36,197 nucleotides of DNA from a virus (Duplodnaviria > Caudoviricetes): positions 1 to 36,197 of IMG/VR virus record IMGVR_UViG_3300033109_000048; one strand, given 5' to 3'. How positions within the stretch are numbered: the stretch's first letter is position 1; the number at the start of each line of letters is the position of its first letter. Of this stretch, positions 25,229 to 36,197 are shown piece after piece. A program made the translations under genes and the position numbers. A model generated the notes under the pieces. That model saw only the letters and a list, made by a program, of their open reading frames with translations. It ran no database searches and was not told where the DNA came from.

Positions 25229-26140
25229 TCAATCCGGTTGAAACAAGGTGCGCCCCCGGAACACTGAACGGTTGCGCCCCGTGCCCTTGGCTTCATACAG
25301 CGCGTCGTCGGCCGCCTTAAGCAGTTCGTCAAGCGTGCCGATGTTTGGCGTGACATCTGCCACCCCGACACTGACGGTACAGGCCACCGTTTCACCACTT
25401 TCCTGTGGCCACACGAGGTGTGCCACCTTGCGGCGGATGTCCTCCACGTCCCGCAACACCTGCTCCTGGTCGTCGGCTGTCCAGATGATGGCAAACTCCT
25501 CCCCCCCGATCCGGCCCAGAATGGCACGCTCGCCCAACTCCTCACTCATCGCACTGGCCACGCCCTTGATCACGCGATCCCCCACCGGATGCCCGTAGGT
25601 ATCGTTGACATGCTTGAAGTGATCGATATCGAGCATACCTGCGTACAGGCGCGGCCGATCGTTGAGCCACGCCTGCTGCGACAGATCGAAGAAACGGGCA
25701 CGGTTGTACAGGCCGGTCATCTTGTCGTGTGATGAAATGTAGTCCAGATGTCGCACCAAGCGGCGCAATTGCACATGTGTGCGTACGCGTGCCAGCAGTT
25801 CGCGCGGCTTGAACGGCTTGGTCACATAGTCCACGCCACCAATGTCAAACGCGGTCTCGATGCTGGATTCTTCTGTGATACCGGTGATGAAGATCACTGG
25901 CACATCGCGTGTGACGGCATCAGCCTTCAGGGCACGGCAAACATCGAAGCCATCCATACCAGGCATGACGATGTCCAGCAGCACCAGATCCGGCGGCTCA
26001 TCCCGCGCCAACGCCAGTGCATCCTCACCATTGAGTGCCACCGACACCGTGTACTCGTCATCCAGCAACTCCAGCAACACATCCACGTTACTGTGCGTAT
26101 CGTCCACCACCAGGAGGCTGGCGCGCTTATCGGTTGTCAT
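25229..26140 (-). CDS. Response regulator diguanylate cyclase (REC-GGDEF)
   Basis: LLVVDD, LLDIVMP, KPF; [33 protein letters not shown]. Confidence 0.95.
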   Translation of the reverse strand: MTTDKRASLLVVDDTHSNVDVLLELLDDEYTVSVALNGEDALALARDEPPDLVLLDIVMPGMDGFDVCRALKADAVTRDVPVIFITGITEESSIETAFDIGGVDYVTKPFKPRELLARVRTHVQLRRLVRHLDYISSHDKMTGLYNRARFFDLSQQAWLNDRPRLYAGMLDIDHFKHVNDTYGHPVGDRVIKGVASAMSEELGERAILGRIGGEEFAIIWTADDQEQVLRDVEDIRRKVAHLVWPQESGETVACTVSVGVADVTPNIGTLDELLKAADDALYEAKGTGRNRSVFRGRTLFQPD

Positions 26141-29100
26141 GGCATTCCTTCAAAACATCCTCCGCCGCTTTGAAAGCGTAATTCTTCAATGCTGAACGGA
26201 TCCTGGCACATCGCTCCCTGTCTTCGGCAGACAGCGGGAGTTGCTCCAGCAGCTGTAGCGCCACGTCGCACGCTTTTGGGCGCTTGCGATGCAGTGCCTC
26301 CTGCAGCGCAGCTACGGCTTCGACATATTCTTTGTGGCCGTTTCCCACATGCACGGAAGCTGGAGGGCGCACTGGCGGCGGCGTGGCGGCGCTCGAACTG
26401 ACAGGCGCGTGTTGTTCGATGTATCGCAACACGTCATCCAGAGCATGTCGCAGATCATCCAATGCTGCGGCATGTGCGGCAGCACCTTCAGCTTCTTCCA
26501 CACGTTCCGCCGTGATATGCAGAGTTGGCATATGCAGGTTACCGCTCACGCCCTTGAGGGTGTGCACCAGGCGCCTGAAGCCCTCTCCATCTTCATGGTC
26601 GGGGATGAGTTGCCCATCCACATTGCCGAACTCCTCGACAAACCTTCGCAACAGGTTCCATGCACGATCGGCGGAATGGGCCAGCCCCAGCAGACTGTTG
26701 AAGTCGATGGGGCCATCCCCCGTCAGGGTCGAAGCCGATACATCGGCCGGCTTGTCCACAGACGGTGCAGCAGAAATGTGTGCCACCACACGGTCTTTCG
26801 GCCGCAGGTAGGTGGCCAGCGTGGCCTGCAGGGCTGCCGTATCGATAGGTTTGGCCAGATGGCCATTCATGCCCGCTTCTGTCGCCTGCTCGTGGTCGCG
26901 GCGCATCACGGCGGCACTCAGGGCGATGATGGGGATCTCGCTGTCTCTCTGGCGGATCTGTCGCGTGGCCTCATAACCATCCATCACCGGCATCTGCAGG
27001 TCCATCAGGATCAGATCAAAGTGCCGTGCGCGGGCCATCTCCACGGCCTGCTGCCCATCTTCAGCCATGCTCACCTGCACACCATGGTCAGACAGGTAGC
27101 CGGATGCCACCTCCCGGTTGATGGCATTGTCTTCCACCAGCAGTACGTGCCCTTCAAACTGCAGGACTGTCATCAGATTGGGCATCACCACATCACGCCG
27201 CACCAGCGCGTCAAACAGGCTGGAGGATGTGAACGGCTTCGTCAGGACACAGTCGATGTGCGCCTTCTTGCTCGATGCCTCTGCCAGCAATCGGTCCTTG
27301 TCGTAGGCGGTCACCATCACCAGCCGCGGACAGGCATCGCCCAGTTCCTGCTGCGCCTGAACGATCAGGTCCACCCCGTCGGTACCGGGCATGCGCCAAT
27401 CGGTGATCAGATAGTCGAACTGCTGATTGCGCAGGCTCTGCATAGCCTCATCGGCGTTCGAGCACAAGGTGGCCTGTACCCCCCATGAGAACAGGATGTG
27501 ATCCAGCAACTGCAACTCGCTTATGCTGTCGTCCACCACCAACATGCGCTGATTGGCGAACGGCGCTCCCTTATCGGCAATGGTGAGCCCCCGACGATCG
27601 GCCTGCAGCACCAACGAGAAGTGGAAGCGAGAGCCCTTACCGGGCGTGCTTTCCACACCGATGTGACCGCCCATCAGCTCCACCAGCTGGCGGCAGATGG
27701 CCAGCCCCAGTCCGGTTCCACCGTAGCGGCGCGTGGTGGAACTGTCCACCTGCGAGAAAGACTGGAACAGCCGTTGCTGCTGTTCCTCGTTCATGCCGAT
27801 ACCGGTATCCACCACATCGCAGTGCAATTCCACTCGCTTGTCGTCCAGCCATTGCGGCCTCACGTTGATGGAGATGTCGCCTCGTTCGGTGAACTTCACC
27901 GCGTTGCCCACCAGGTTGTTGAACACCTGCGCCACGCGCAGAGGGTCGCCCACCAGACGCGCAGGCGTTTCAGTGTGGACGGACAGGTTCAGTGCCAGGC
28001 CCTTCTGGTGGATGGCGTAATCGAACAGCTGTGAAACGTTGAGCATCACCTCTTCGAGGTTGAACGAGATGTGTTCCAGCTCCAGCTTTCCCGCCTCGAT
28101 CTTGGAATAGTCCAGGATGTCGTTCAGCAGCCCCAGCAGCGCGTGCGACGACATCTGGATCTTGCGCATCTGCTCGTGCTGCGCATCGGTCAACTGGCTG
28201 CGCAGGACCAGTTCGGTCATGCCGATGATGCCATTCAGCGGCGTTCGGATCTCGTGGCTCATGTTGGCCAGGAAGTCGGACTTGGCCCGGCTGGCCTGCT
28301 CGATTTCGGTGATATCGATCAAGGTGATGTAGTACAACGACTGCATGACATGCACCAAGCGCACACTGAAGACATATTCCTTGCCTTCGCGCACGATCAA
28401 CGCCTTGTAGTTACCCGGATGATTCAGGATGTGATCCATCCACCGGGCCCCCTCGATGGAGGGGCCGATGTAGCCTTCGCGCTCGACGAAGTATTCGCAA
28501 ACACAGCGGTGCTTGGCGATGAAGGCTTCGCTGGAAGGCTCTCCAAAGAAGTCCAATGCCGTCCGGTTGACGCGGATCATCCGCTCGCCGTCAGAGGTGA
28601 TGGTGAGGCTGGGCGAAGCGTCGAACAAAGTATCCAGGAAGCGCTCCTGCTGGCTGATGCGCTTCAGGTTCTCCACGTCCTGTTCCTTGATGCCTTCGTA
28701 ACGGCGCATGACGGTGGCAATCACCCAATTTGCCGCGAAGATCAGCAGGAACTCGATGGTACTGATATGGTCGTGACCATCCACGTCCGCGTGCCGACCC
28801 TGCATATGGATGAATATCTCGGCACCCACCAACAGCACCATCAGTTGCACAGCCCAGAACATGCCTTCACGCCGGTCACGCAACAAGAAGCCCAGCACCA
28901 CGATCAAAGGCAACCAGACCGCACGCGAAGGGCTGTCATGCAGGTTGTACACCGCCGACACGGCCAGCAAGGACCCGGCCGCCAGCAAAACACGAGACAC
29001 CCAATGGAAGCTGCGCGGAAAGCGGTGCAACATCACCACCCCGACCACCGCGATCAAAAAGAAGGTCGCATCGACCAGCGCTTGTACGTGACTGCCCTGA

Positions 29101-29234
29101 TTGAAACGCACCACGGCCATGATGCCCGATACCACCATCAATGCCGTTGTCAGCAACGTCAGCGTCTGAGCCTTCAGCAACCTGAGCGAGTCACCCGCTG
29201 TCTGGCGATGTGCTCCGGCAAGCCATCTCAACAT
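26127..29234 (-). CDS. Hybrid sensor histidine kinase (multi-TM, PAS-like, HisKA, HATPase, two REC, Hpt)
   Basis: [37 protein letters not shown], two receiver domains, [11 protein letters not shown]; likely start ATG 29234 after SD AAAGGA. Confidence 0.95.
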   Translation of the reverse strand: MLRWLAGAHRQTAGDSLRLLKAQTLTLLTTALMVVSGIMAVVRFNQGSHVQALVDATFFLIAVVGVVMLHRFPRSFHWVSRVLLAAGSLLAVSAVYNLHDSPSRAVWLPLIVVLGFLLRDRREGMFWAVQLMVLLVGAEIFIHMQGRHADVDGHDHISTIEFLLIFAANWVIATVMRRYEGIKEQDVENLKRISQQERFLDTLFDASPSLTITSDGERMIRVNRTALDFFGEPSSEAFIAKHRCVCEYFVEREGYIGPSIEGARWMDHILNHPGNYKALIVREGKEYVFSVRLVHVMQSLYYITLIDITEIEQASRAKSDFLANMSHEIRTPLNGIIGMTELVLRSQLTDAQHEQMRKIQMSSHALLGLLNDILDYSKIEAGKLELEHISFNLEEVMLNVSQLFDYAIHQKGLALNLSVHTETPARLVGDPLRVAQVFNNLVGNAVKFTERGDISINVRPQWLDDKRVELHCDVVDTGIGMNEEQQQRLFQSFSQVDSSTTRRYGGTGLGLAICRQLVELMGGHIGVESTPGKGSRFHFSLVLQADRRGLTIADKGAPFANQRMLVVDDSISELQLLDHILFSWGVQATLCSNADEAMQSLRNQQFDYLITDWRMPGTDGVDLIVQAQQELGDACPRLVMVTAYDKDRLLAEASSKKAHIDCVLTKPFTSSSLFDALVRRDVVMPNLMTVLQFEGHVLLVEDNAINREVASGYLSDHGVQVSMAEDGQQAVEMARARHFDLILMDLQMPVMDGYEATRQIRQRDSEIPIIALSAAVMRRDHEQATEAGMNGHLAKPIDTAALQATLATYLRPKDRVVAHISAAPSVDKPADVSASTLTGDGPIDFNSLLGLAHSADRAWNLLRRFVEEFGNVDGQLIPDHEDGEGFRRLVHTLKGVSGNLHMPTLHITAERVEEAEGAAAHAAALDDLRHALDDVLRYIEQHAPVSSSAATPPPVRPPASVHVGNGHKEYVEAVAALQEALHRKRPKACDVALQLLEQLPLSAEDRERCARIRSALKNYAFKAAEDVLKECHDNR

Positions 29235-29344
29235 ACACAATCCTTTAAAGGAATAATCTTGTCAAAGCAGGGTGGATCGCTACCGACCCACCGGATACTT
29301 CCCATCTTCATGGCATCCCGCTCCCACCCAGCAGCGCGAAAGAT

Positions 29345-30769
29345 TCACTCAAGCTTGGAACCGATGTTCGAGATGGTGAATGTGTACCCCTGTTCCCTGA
29401 ACAATCTGATGCAACTATCGACCACTGCAGGATCGAACTGCTCTCCCTTGTGCTTTGTGATCTCTTCCAGGGCAGCCTCCAATCCCAATCCGGGGCGATA
29501 AGGTCGGTGTGAGGACATCGCCTCCACCACATCCGCAACGCTCAGGATCCGCGCTTCCAGCAGGATATCCTCACCTTTCAGGCCGTGTGGATAGCCGGAG
29601 CCATCCAGCCTTTCATGATGCTGACGCACCATCTTGGCGATAGGCCACGGGAAATCGATATCCTTGATGATCTCGTAGCCTACTTCCGGATGCCGCTTGA
29701 CCATCATGTATTCGATCTCGTTGAGCCTGCCCGGTTTGCTCAAGAGCTCTGCAGGAATGGATATCTTGCCCAGATCGTGCATCAGCCCCGCCAGGTGTAC
29801 AGACTTGCAACGCTCGGCATCCAGTCCCATTTCTGATGCGATCGACAGGGCCAGATCGGCGACCCGGAGTTGATGGCCAGCGGTATAGGGGTCCCGCTGT
29901 TCCAGCACGCGGGTGATGGCAGAGATGAACTGCTTCAGGTTCTGTTCGATCTTGCGCAACATACCCATACGTTCAAGCTCGGCAAGCTTGCGTTCGGTGA
30001 TGTCCAGATTGGTTCCGGCGAGACGCAACGGGTGGCCATCCTTGTCCCGTATCAGCCTTCCATGCTCCTGCACCCAGCGCTGGCTACCATCCGAGTGGAT
30101 GACCCTGAACTCACATTCAAAATCACCGTTCCCGGCAAGCACCTCCTGCAGACATCGCCTGATGCGAGGACGGTCTTCCGTCACCACATACTCTTCGATG
30201 AACGCGTTTATATCGTGCGCTTCCTTGTCCGGCTCGAGCCCGAAGATGCGGAAGGTCTCTTCAGACCAATAGGAGTTGTCGTTGCCAAGTTCGGTATACC
30301 AGCTGCCGATATGGGAGATGGCCTGGGCTTCTCGCAGCAATGATTCACTTTCGACCAGCTTCTCCTGGATTTCCCGGCGGGCCCGGTTCGATTCAGCGTT
30401 ATCCAAAGCATGGTGGATGGATTCTGACAGGCGTACCAGCCTATCCTTGAGCACATAGTCCGTTGCGCCATTACGCATCAGCTCTACCGCTTTTTCCTCG
30501 CCCAACGTACCTGTGACCACAATGAATGGGACATGGGGACAGATTTCCAAGGCAGCGAATAGCGCCTTTTCCCCGTTGTAGGACGGAAGTTTATAGTCAG
30601 CCAGGATGATGTCCGGAACTTGCTCGCGCAACGCACGAATAAAGCCTTCTTCGTTCTCCACCCATAGCCATTCACACTCCAAGCCAGCACGCTTGATTTG
30701 TGTCTTGATCAGTTCCGCATCCGACGGAGTATCTTCCAGATGCAGAACACGGATCTTTTTCGACATCAT
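29345..30769 (-). CDS. REC-PAS-HD-GYP phosphodiesterase
   Basis: LHLED...LADY, PAS ([10 protein letters not shown]...DITERK), [25 protein letters not shown]; start ATG 30769 coupled to the upstream stop. Confidence 0.93.
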   Translation of the reverse strand: MMSKKIRVLHLEDTPSDAELIKTQIKRAGLECEWLWVENEEGFIRALREQVPDIILADYKLPSYNGEKALFAALEICPHVPFIVVTGTLGEEKAVELMRNGATDYVLKDRLVRLSESIHHALDNAESNRARREIQEKLVESESLLREAQAISHIGSWYTELGNDNSYWSEETFRIFGLEPDKEAHDINAFIEEYVVTEDRPRIRRCLQEVLAGNGDFECEFRVIHSDGSQRWVQEHGRLIRDKDGHPLRLAGTNLDITERKLAELERMGMLRKIEQNLKQFISAITRVLEQRDPYTAGHQLRVADLALSIASEMGLDAERCKSVHLAGLMHDLGKISIPAELLSKPGRLNEIEYMMVKRHPEVGYEIIKDIDFPWPIAKMVRQHHERLDGSGYPHGLKGEDILLEARILSVADVVEAMSSHRPYRPGLGLEAALEEITKHKGEQFDPAVVDSCIRLFREQGYTFTISNIGSKLE

Positions 30770-31221
30770 TTGGTAGAAGGCAAGGGTTGGTTGAGTAGCA
30801 GCCAATACATTCCAAGCTCAGCCACTGCATCCATAAAGGAATCGAACTCGACCGGTTTGCTGACGAAACTGTTGGCTCCGAACCGGTAACTCTCAACCAG
30901 ATCGCGCTCCTCCTTCGAGGAAGTCAGCACGACAACCGGTGTTGATTTCATGCGATTGTCAGACTTGATGATACGCAACACTTCCAGCCCATCCACCTTG
31001 GGGAGATGGAGGTCCAGCAGGACAAGGTTCGGCAGGTCATGGGGCGCGCGATTCTCGTAATCCCCTTTGCAGAACATGAAATCAAGCGCCTCCGCACCAT
31101 CCTTGACCCAATGGATCTGGTTGGACAGATTACGTTTCCTGAAAGCACGCAAGGTCAACTCTGCATCGGTCGGATTGTCCTCGACCAGCAGTATCTGGAA
31201 TACGTCATTTACGTTGTTCAT
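30766..31221 (-). CDS. Stand-alone receiver response regulator (Rcp1-like)
   Basis: [37 protein letters not shown]; likely start ATG 31221. Confidence 0.92.
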   Translation of the reverse strand: MNNVNDVFQILLVEDNPTDAELTLRAFRKRNLSNQIHWVKDGAEALDFMFCKGDYENRAPHDLPNLVLLDLHLPKVDGLEVLRIIKSDNRMKSTPVVVLTSSKEERDLVESYRFGANSFVSKPVEFDSFMDAVAELGMYWLLLNQPLPSTK

Positions 31222-33100
31222 CGTGAATCTCCTTTTCGGGTAGGGTGAAGAAAAAGGTCGCCCCTTTATCCAACTCGGCTTTCGCCCAGATACTGCCGCC
31301 ATGCCGGGTGATCACGCGCTTGGCGATGGCCAGGCCGATACCGGTTCCTTCGAATTCGGTGATGCCATGCAGGCGCTGAAACACCCCGAACAGTTTGTCC
31401 ACGTATCGCATGTCGAAACCAACGCCATCGTCCTTCACATAGAAGGTGTGCATACGAGCCCCATTCGAGTATCCGATGCTGATATGTGCTTCGGCCCTGT
31501 CACGCGTGAACTTGATGGCGTTGCTCAGCAAGTTCTCGATGACCTGATGCAGCATGGCTCTGTCGCCAATGACTGTCGGGAGCTTGGAGATTTCAAGATG
31601 GATGTCACGCCCGGCCCGGGACGGAGCAAGCTCCTCAGCGACTTGATGGACCAGAGCATCCATGTCGCACTCCGTCAGGTTCAGGGCGGTACGTCCGGCG
31701 CGCGAGAAGTGGAGGATGTCATCGATGAGCTGCGACATGCGCTGTGTATTGTCGCGCACCACATTCAGCAACCGTCTGCCCTCCTCATCCAGCACGCTTG
31801 AATAGTCCTCGATCAGGATCCGCGAGAAACCATCTATGGCACGCAGGGGCGTGCGCAAGTCGTGCGAGACCGAATAGCTGAACCCTTCCAGATCGGCATT
31901 GGCCTGCTTGATGGAATCGATCAGATTCCTTTGCTCGGTGATGTCCTGGAACGCGCCATTCAGGCGGACAGCCTTGCCGTTCTCCAGTATCGCCTTGCCT
32001 TGTGCACGCACCCAGATCTTGTTGCCCTTGGCCGTGATGAAAGGCAGCTCGAGGTCCCAGGGGGTGCCCTCCTTCATCGCCTGCTCGACCGCAGCCTGGA
32101 TGACCGGTTGTGCTTCCGGGGCATAGAAATTGATCGCGCCGGCAAGATCCGGTTTGACGCTGGGATCGACTTCATGGATGCGGTAGGTCTCTTTCGTCCA
32201 GCTCAAATGCATGTTGCGCAGATCCAGCTCCCACCCCCCGACTTTCGAGATGCTTCCCATGGATTCCAGGAGTACGGACTGGCTTTCCGCCAGCTCATGC
32301 AGGTAGAGGGTGATCCGTTCTGCCATATGCTCGAAGTTCTGCGCCAGCAACCCGATCTCGTCCTTGCGGCTCGGGGTCGTTCCAAGTTCGAGCCGCTCGC
32401 CGCCCATGTCGTATTGCGTGATCGTATCCGTCAGGTTCTGCAGCGGCCGCACGATATCCAGCGCCTGATAGATGGTGAATCCGAGCGCCAGGATCAGGCC
32501 CAGCGAGATCGCCTGATACAGCAGCGCCTGCATCCGGCCCTGCTCCTGACGGGCGTAATCGAGCGCACTGTTGCGCGCGGTGATGTGATACTGCATCAGG
32601 TCACCCAACGCCGCCTGGACCAGCTTCATCTTGCTTGCGACACGATCGGTGGCGATGACCTGCTTCTGCAGATCGTGCGCATCGATCGCCGCGATCAGGT
32701 CGAGATAAGCGTCCGTGAGCCCGCTACGGGCCACCATGAAACCGGCCAGGACCGAACGGTTCTGCTCCAGTCTGGCATGTACGGACATCTCGTCGCGCCC
32801 GCTGAACAGCATCCCAAGCTCCTCGGACAGTGCTGTGATCTTCTTTTCACTGTCCATGATCCTGGGTCTCGAGGTGGGATCCCTATGCGCCAGATGATCG
32901 AGCAGCACGCCCCATCTCTCCTGGGTGCGCAACATCAATTCCTTGCTGATCTCCACGGCCTGCGCATGCAGCTGGTTGTGTTTCGAGATGTCATGCTCGA
33001 GCACCGAGACACGGTGCATGTACCAATACATGCCTACGCCGCCAGCCAATATGAAGGCCAGCCACGGGGCGATCAGTTTGCTGGCGAGCCCCAGTCTCAC
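31205..33100 (-). CDS. Sensor histidine kinase (periplasmic helical sensor, HAMP, PAS, HisKA, HATPase)
   Basis: Two TM segments, [10 protein letters not shown] (HAMP), [33 protein letters not shown]. Confidence 0.95.
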   Translation of the reverse strand: MRLGLASKLIAPWLAFILAGGVGMYWYMHRVSVLEHDISKHNQLHAQAVEISKELMLRTQERWGVLLDHLAHRDPTSRPRIMDSEKKITALSEELGMLFSGRDEMSVHARLEQNRSVLAGFMVARSGLTDAYLDLIAAIDAHDLQKQVIATDRVASKMKLVQAALGDLMQYHITARNSALDYARQEQGRMQALLYQAISLGLILALGFTIYQALDIVRPLQNLTDTITQYDMGGERLELGTTPSRKDEIGLLAQNFEHMAERITLYLHELAESQSVLLESMGSISKVGGWELDLRNMHLSWTKETYRIHEVDPSVKPDLAGAINFYAPEAQPVIQAAVEQAMKEGTPWDLELPFITAKGNKIWVRAQGKAILENGKAVRLNGAFQDITEQRNLIDSIKQANADLEGFSYSVSHDLRTPLRAIDGFSRILIEDYSSVLDEEGRRLLNVVRDNTQRMSQLIDDILHFSRAGRTALNLTECDMDALVHQVAEELAPSRAGRDIHLEISKLPTVIGDRAMLHQVIENLLSNAIKFTRDRAEAHISIGYSNGARMHTFYVKDDGVGFDMRYVDKLFGVFQRLHGITEFEGTGIGLAIAKRVITRHGGSIWAKAELDKGATFFFTLPEKEIHDEQRK

Positions 33101-34100
33101 CGTGCCTCCTCGCGGATCAGGATGGCGGACGGATTGGCGGCCCGCATGAATCCGGTATCGATCAGCGGCGCCAAATGGTCTGCCGAACCGGCTGCCTTGG
33201 CATGATGCTGCCAGTCAGCCTCCACTTCCAGCGTCCGCTGCAGGACATTGTCCAGACGCAATTGCAACTGAAGATGCTCCCAGACACGACGGTCGTTTTC
33301 GTTCGCCGGGCGCTGCCAGTGCCGGATGGCCGATCCCAGCGCGATATCCGGGTGGGAGTGGATATAGGCTTCTGCCCGCACCAGTGCGCGCATCAGACGA
33401 TGCAATGCCTCCCTTTTGTGCTCGGTGACGGACTGGGTGGTGGCCAGCACGCTCACTTCGCTATACAGCGGAGAGATGAAACGGACCGTCCCGCTGCCTT
33501 GCAGTCGATTTTCAGCATCACCCACGAACGGCCAGCGCGTCAGGATCGCATCGACCCGCCCTTCTGCCAGCGCTTGCGGTGTCTCAGCATGCGGAATATC
33601 CATAAGCTGCGCACCGTCTTTCATGATGCCTTGGTCTTCCAGCATCCGCTTGAGCAGGTTGTGCTGATAGGTCCCGAAAGGAACACCTATGCGCTTCCCT
33701 TTCAGGTCGGAGAGTTCCTTGATGCCTTTGTCACTTCGCGCGACGATGGCGGAGTTGCTGTTGCTGCGGTGCAGCGAGGCGATCACCCGTACCGGCTTCC
33801 CTGCGAGTGCGGCAGCGACAACCGGCGTCTGGTAGACCGTGGCTACATCGGAGTGGCCTGCCAGCGTATCAGCCAACGCCTCCTTGCCGGAACCGAACTT
33901 GCGGAAACTGACCCGCAGACCTTCGTCCGCCAGGTAACCTTCGACTTCCGCAATGTAGATGATGAGAAGGCCAGCTGATCGGCATCGGCGATGACGAGAT
34001 CCTCAGGAACGACGGGCTGCTTGAACGGAACGTTCATGGCGACCAGTATCAAGAGCATGACAGCTGCCGCCCCCCCAAGCCATTTCTTTGCCGGTTTCAT
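33097..34100 (-). pseudogene. Frameshifted periplasmic substrate-binding protein (SsuA/NitT/TauT/NMT1-like)
   Basis: Signal-anchor ORF from ATG 34100 (SD GGGGAGG) goes out of frame near 33960-34000; the other frame reads LLIIYIAEVEGYLADEGL...FGSGKEAL into ORF 33097..33876 (IKELSDLKGKRIGVPFGT, GRVDAI). Confidence 0.8.
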
Positions 34101-34196
34101 TGCCCCCTCCCCGATACGCAGCTTGTGAGTTTGCATTTAAGCAAACCGTGAAGTGTTTGTGAAGAAGAAGTGAGTTTTTCGATATGCCGCCATCGA

Positions 34197-36197
34197 TCAA
34201 GGACGAACAACCACCTCGTTCGAGGGCATGCTCTCTCCTGCGGCGGTCACTGCCGTAACCACAAAATAATGCCATGCCCCTGCAGTGAGTCCGGTGAATG
34301 TGTACGGTGAGGTGACACTGGTGACCTTGTTGCTGTTCGCTGTGGTTGAGACCCCGGCATTATTAGACCAATACAGATTGTATGAGGTCGCGCCTGCAAC
34401 ACCGTTCCAGCTGATGACTGCCTGACCACTTCCTTTCACAGCGGATACACCGCCGGGAGTTGGTATGTCTGACACACTGAACGTTTCAACGGTCGTCAGC
34501 GAGAATCCGCCATCGTTCGCGGCCAGCCACTCTGGCGTGACATCGACCGGCGGGATGGTGGGATCAAGAGGATTGGTGAATTTGCCATCACGGCTGCCCG
34601 CTACGGCATAGATCACACCGTCCAGCACCGATGCGTCAAAATCATCCCGTATCGTCGGCATCGCGGTCTTTGTCGACCAGGTGTTCCTGATCGGGTCGAA
34701 TGCCTCGACCACATTGGTGCAACAGACGATGCGATTCACGTTATCGAATGTATTGGTGTCGCCGCCCATGGCATAGATGATCCCGTTGAGCACGGCAAAA
34801 CCAAAATCGTCACGCGGTGTCGGCATCGGGGCGAAAGTCTGGCCCGCAGTGCCGGCGCTTGTCGTGGCCGGATTCACAGGTACGGTGGTGGACCAGCGAT
34901 CGGTCTTCGGATCGTACATCTCCACCAATGCCAGCTCCGGCCAGCCCCCCCAGCCACCGATGGCGTAGATCTTCCCGTCTATCACTGAAACGGTGGATCC
35001 CCAACGCGGAGTGGGCATCGGCGCCTTGGCCACCCAGGTGTTCTGCACCGGGTCGTAAGCTTCGACGCTGCCGTTCAAGTAGTCATTGTCACCTGTGCCG
35101 TAATACACGTTGTAAGAAACGGCCCCCACAACCGGATCCCAGGTCAGCGTCGTCACGCCCGCCTGTGCGCTGGAAAGCACCAGGTTGCCGGGGGCTGCAG
35201 CAATAGTCACCCTGGGCGTCACCGCGACATCCTCGGGTGTCGCCATGACCTCTCCAGCCGGCGTCACTGCCGTGGCGACGAAATAATACGGCGTACCGTT
35301 GGTCAACCCGGTAACGGTATGCGTTGCAGCAAGGAGATTGCTTATCTTGGTGACACCGGGAGACAACGTCCCTGAATTGATCTGCGACATGATGCCAGGC
35401 TTGGTGCCGTAGTACAGATTGTAAGAAGTCGCCCCCGTCACGCTGTTCCAGCTGAGGGTCGCCTGACCATTCCCGGCAGCAGAAACTTCGGCCGTCGGCG
35501 CACCGGCAAGCAATCTGGCAGAAATACCGGGGGATGGTGCGCTTTCAACGCCACCGACGTCTACTGCGGTGACCTGGAAATACTGGTGGCGGTCTGTCAG
35601 GGCGGGGATATCGCAAGAGGTTGCGACGCAAGACATCGGCGTGGTCTTGATCGAAAAATATCCGGGCACCTGCGCTACCCCGCCAACGGCATAGATGATC
35701 CCATCAATGACCGCGACATCGAAGCCCCAGCGCCCGGTAGGGATGCCGGCCAGTGGCTGGCCGGCAGTGCCGGCGCTTGTCGTGGCCGCATTCGTGGGTA
35801 CAGTGCCAGACCAGCTATTGGTTGCCGGATCGTACACGGCAGTCGGATAGATGGGCTCCTTCCCGTTGACCTGCTTGGTCCCACCGATCAGATAGATCTT
35901 GCCGTCATATGGCGCGGCAGCCGGGCCATAACGATAGGCCGGCAAAAAGGGCGAAAGGGCTGTCGACCATGCAGGTAGTTCCATCAAAGAAGACCAGACC
36001 GGCATGGGCGCCACAGTTGTCCAGGTATCTGTCGACTGGTCGTATCTCTCAACTGAATCAAGAACACCGACGCCTGCGGGGGCTCCGCCCAGCACATACA
36101 TCTGAGCATCCACCACTACGTTCGCCGCGTTATCGCGCTGGAATGCGATCGAAGTCTTCGTCGCCCAGACCCCCGGCGGCTCCTGGGTGGGTGTAGG
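34197..36197 (-). CDS. Kelch-repeat beta-propeller plus FN3 protein; 5' end outside the window
   Basis: Frame open from 36197 (PTPTQEPPGVWATKTS...); six Kelch-like units (IY..GG...VE.YDP....W...A.MPT.R) and FN3 motifs (LSWNSVTGATSYNLYY, YFVVTAV...GES.PS). Confidence 0.9.
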   Translation of the reverse strand, partial: PTPTQEPPGVWATKTSIAFQRDNAANVVVDAQMYVLGGAPAGVGVLDSVERYDQSTDTWTTVAPMPVWSSLMELPAWSTALSPFLPAYRYGPAAAPYDGKIYLIGGTKQVNGKEPIYPTAVYDPATNSWSGTVPTNAATTSAGTAGQPLAGIPTGRWGFDVAVIDGIIYAVGGVAQVPGYFSIKTTPMSCVATSCDIPALTDRHQYFQVTAVDVGGVESAPSPGISARLLAGAPTAEVSAAGNGQATLSWNSVTGATSYNLYYGTKPGIMSQINSGTLSPGVTKISNLLAATHTVTGLTNGTPYYFVATAVTPAGEVMATPEDVAVTPRVTIAAAPGNLVLSSAQAGVTTLTWDPVVGAVSYNVYYGTGDNDYLNGSVEAYDPVQNTWVAKAPMPTPRWGSTVSVIDGKIYAIGGWGGWPELALVEMYDPKTDRWSTTVPVNPATTSAGTAGQTFAPMPTPRDDFGFAVLNGIIYAMGGDTNTFDNVNRIVCCTNVVEAFDPIRNTWSTKTAMPTIRDDFDASVLDGVIYAVAGSRDGKFTNPLDPTIPPVDVTPEWLAANDGGFSLTTVETFSVSDIPTPGGVSAVKGSGQAVISWNGVAGATSYNLYWSNNAGVSTTANSNKVTSVTSPYTFTGLTAGAWHYFVVTAVTAAGESMPSNEVVVRP
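34846..35788. repeat. 25-bp exact intragenic direct repeat in the Kelch gene
   Basis: GCAGTGCCGGCGCTTGTCGTGGCCG at 34846-34870 and 35764-35788, encoding the ATTSAGTA loop insert in two blades. Confidence 0.85.

Noticed and set aside
34070-34076. G7 tract as a phase-variation switch for the binding-protein gene
   Set aside because: The downstream frame has a stop at ~34003 and the upstream frame encodes the hydrophobic anchor past the tract, so the break is further downstream

Overview
The window has two parts, and every convincing gene is on the minus strand. Positions 1 to ~23490 are the late module of a siphovirus-type prophage. In reading order (right to left) it encodes a TerS-like protein, terminase large subunit, portal, a MuF-like head protein with a C-terminal HEXXH domain plus a small partner gene, a fused protease-scaffold-major capsid gene, head-tail genes with an embedded holin-lysozyme cassette, tail tube, a tail chaperone pair with a -1 slippery site, an AT-rich DUF4760-like moron preceded by a 19-aa peptide ORF, tape measure, tail-tip genes and a >1480-aa central tail protein that runs off the left edge. 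A 27-bp motif occurs three times, in front of the terminase, capsid and tape-measure operons, and is probably a phage-specific late promoter. The prophage appears to end at a duplicated tRNA-Asn-like 3' end (GGTCGGGGAGCCA, 23478-23490; tRNA sequence recalled, not searched), about 80 bp from the terminase promoter motif. Positions ~23600-36197 are a signalling region: two histidine kinases, a stand-alone receiver, two HD-GYP proteins, a REC-GGDEF protein, a frameshifted periplasmic binding protein and a Kelch/FN3 protein that runs off the right edge. The host is probably a betaproteobacterium (inference). All family assignments come from recognising motifs by eye; no searches were run.
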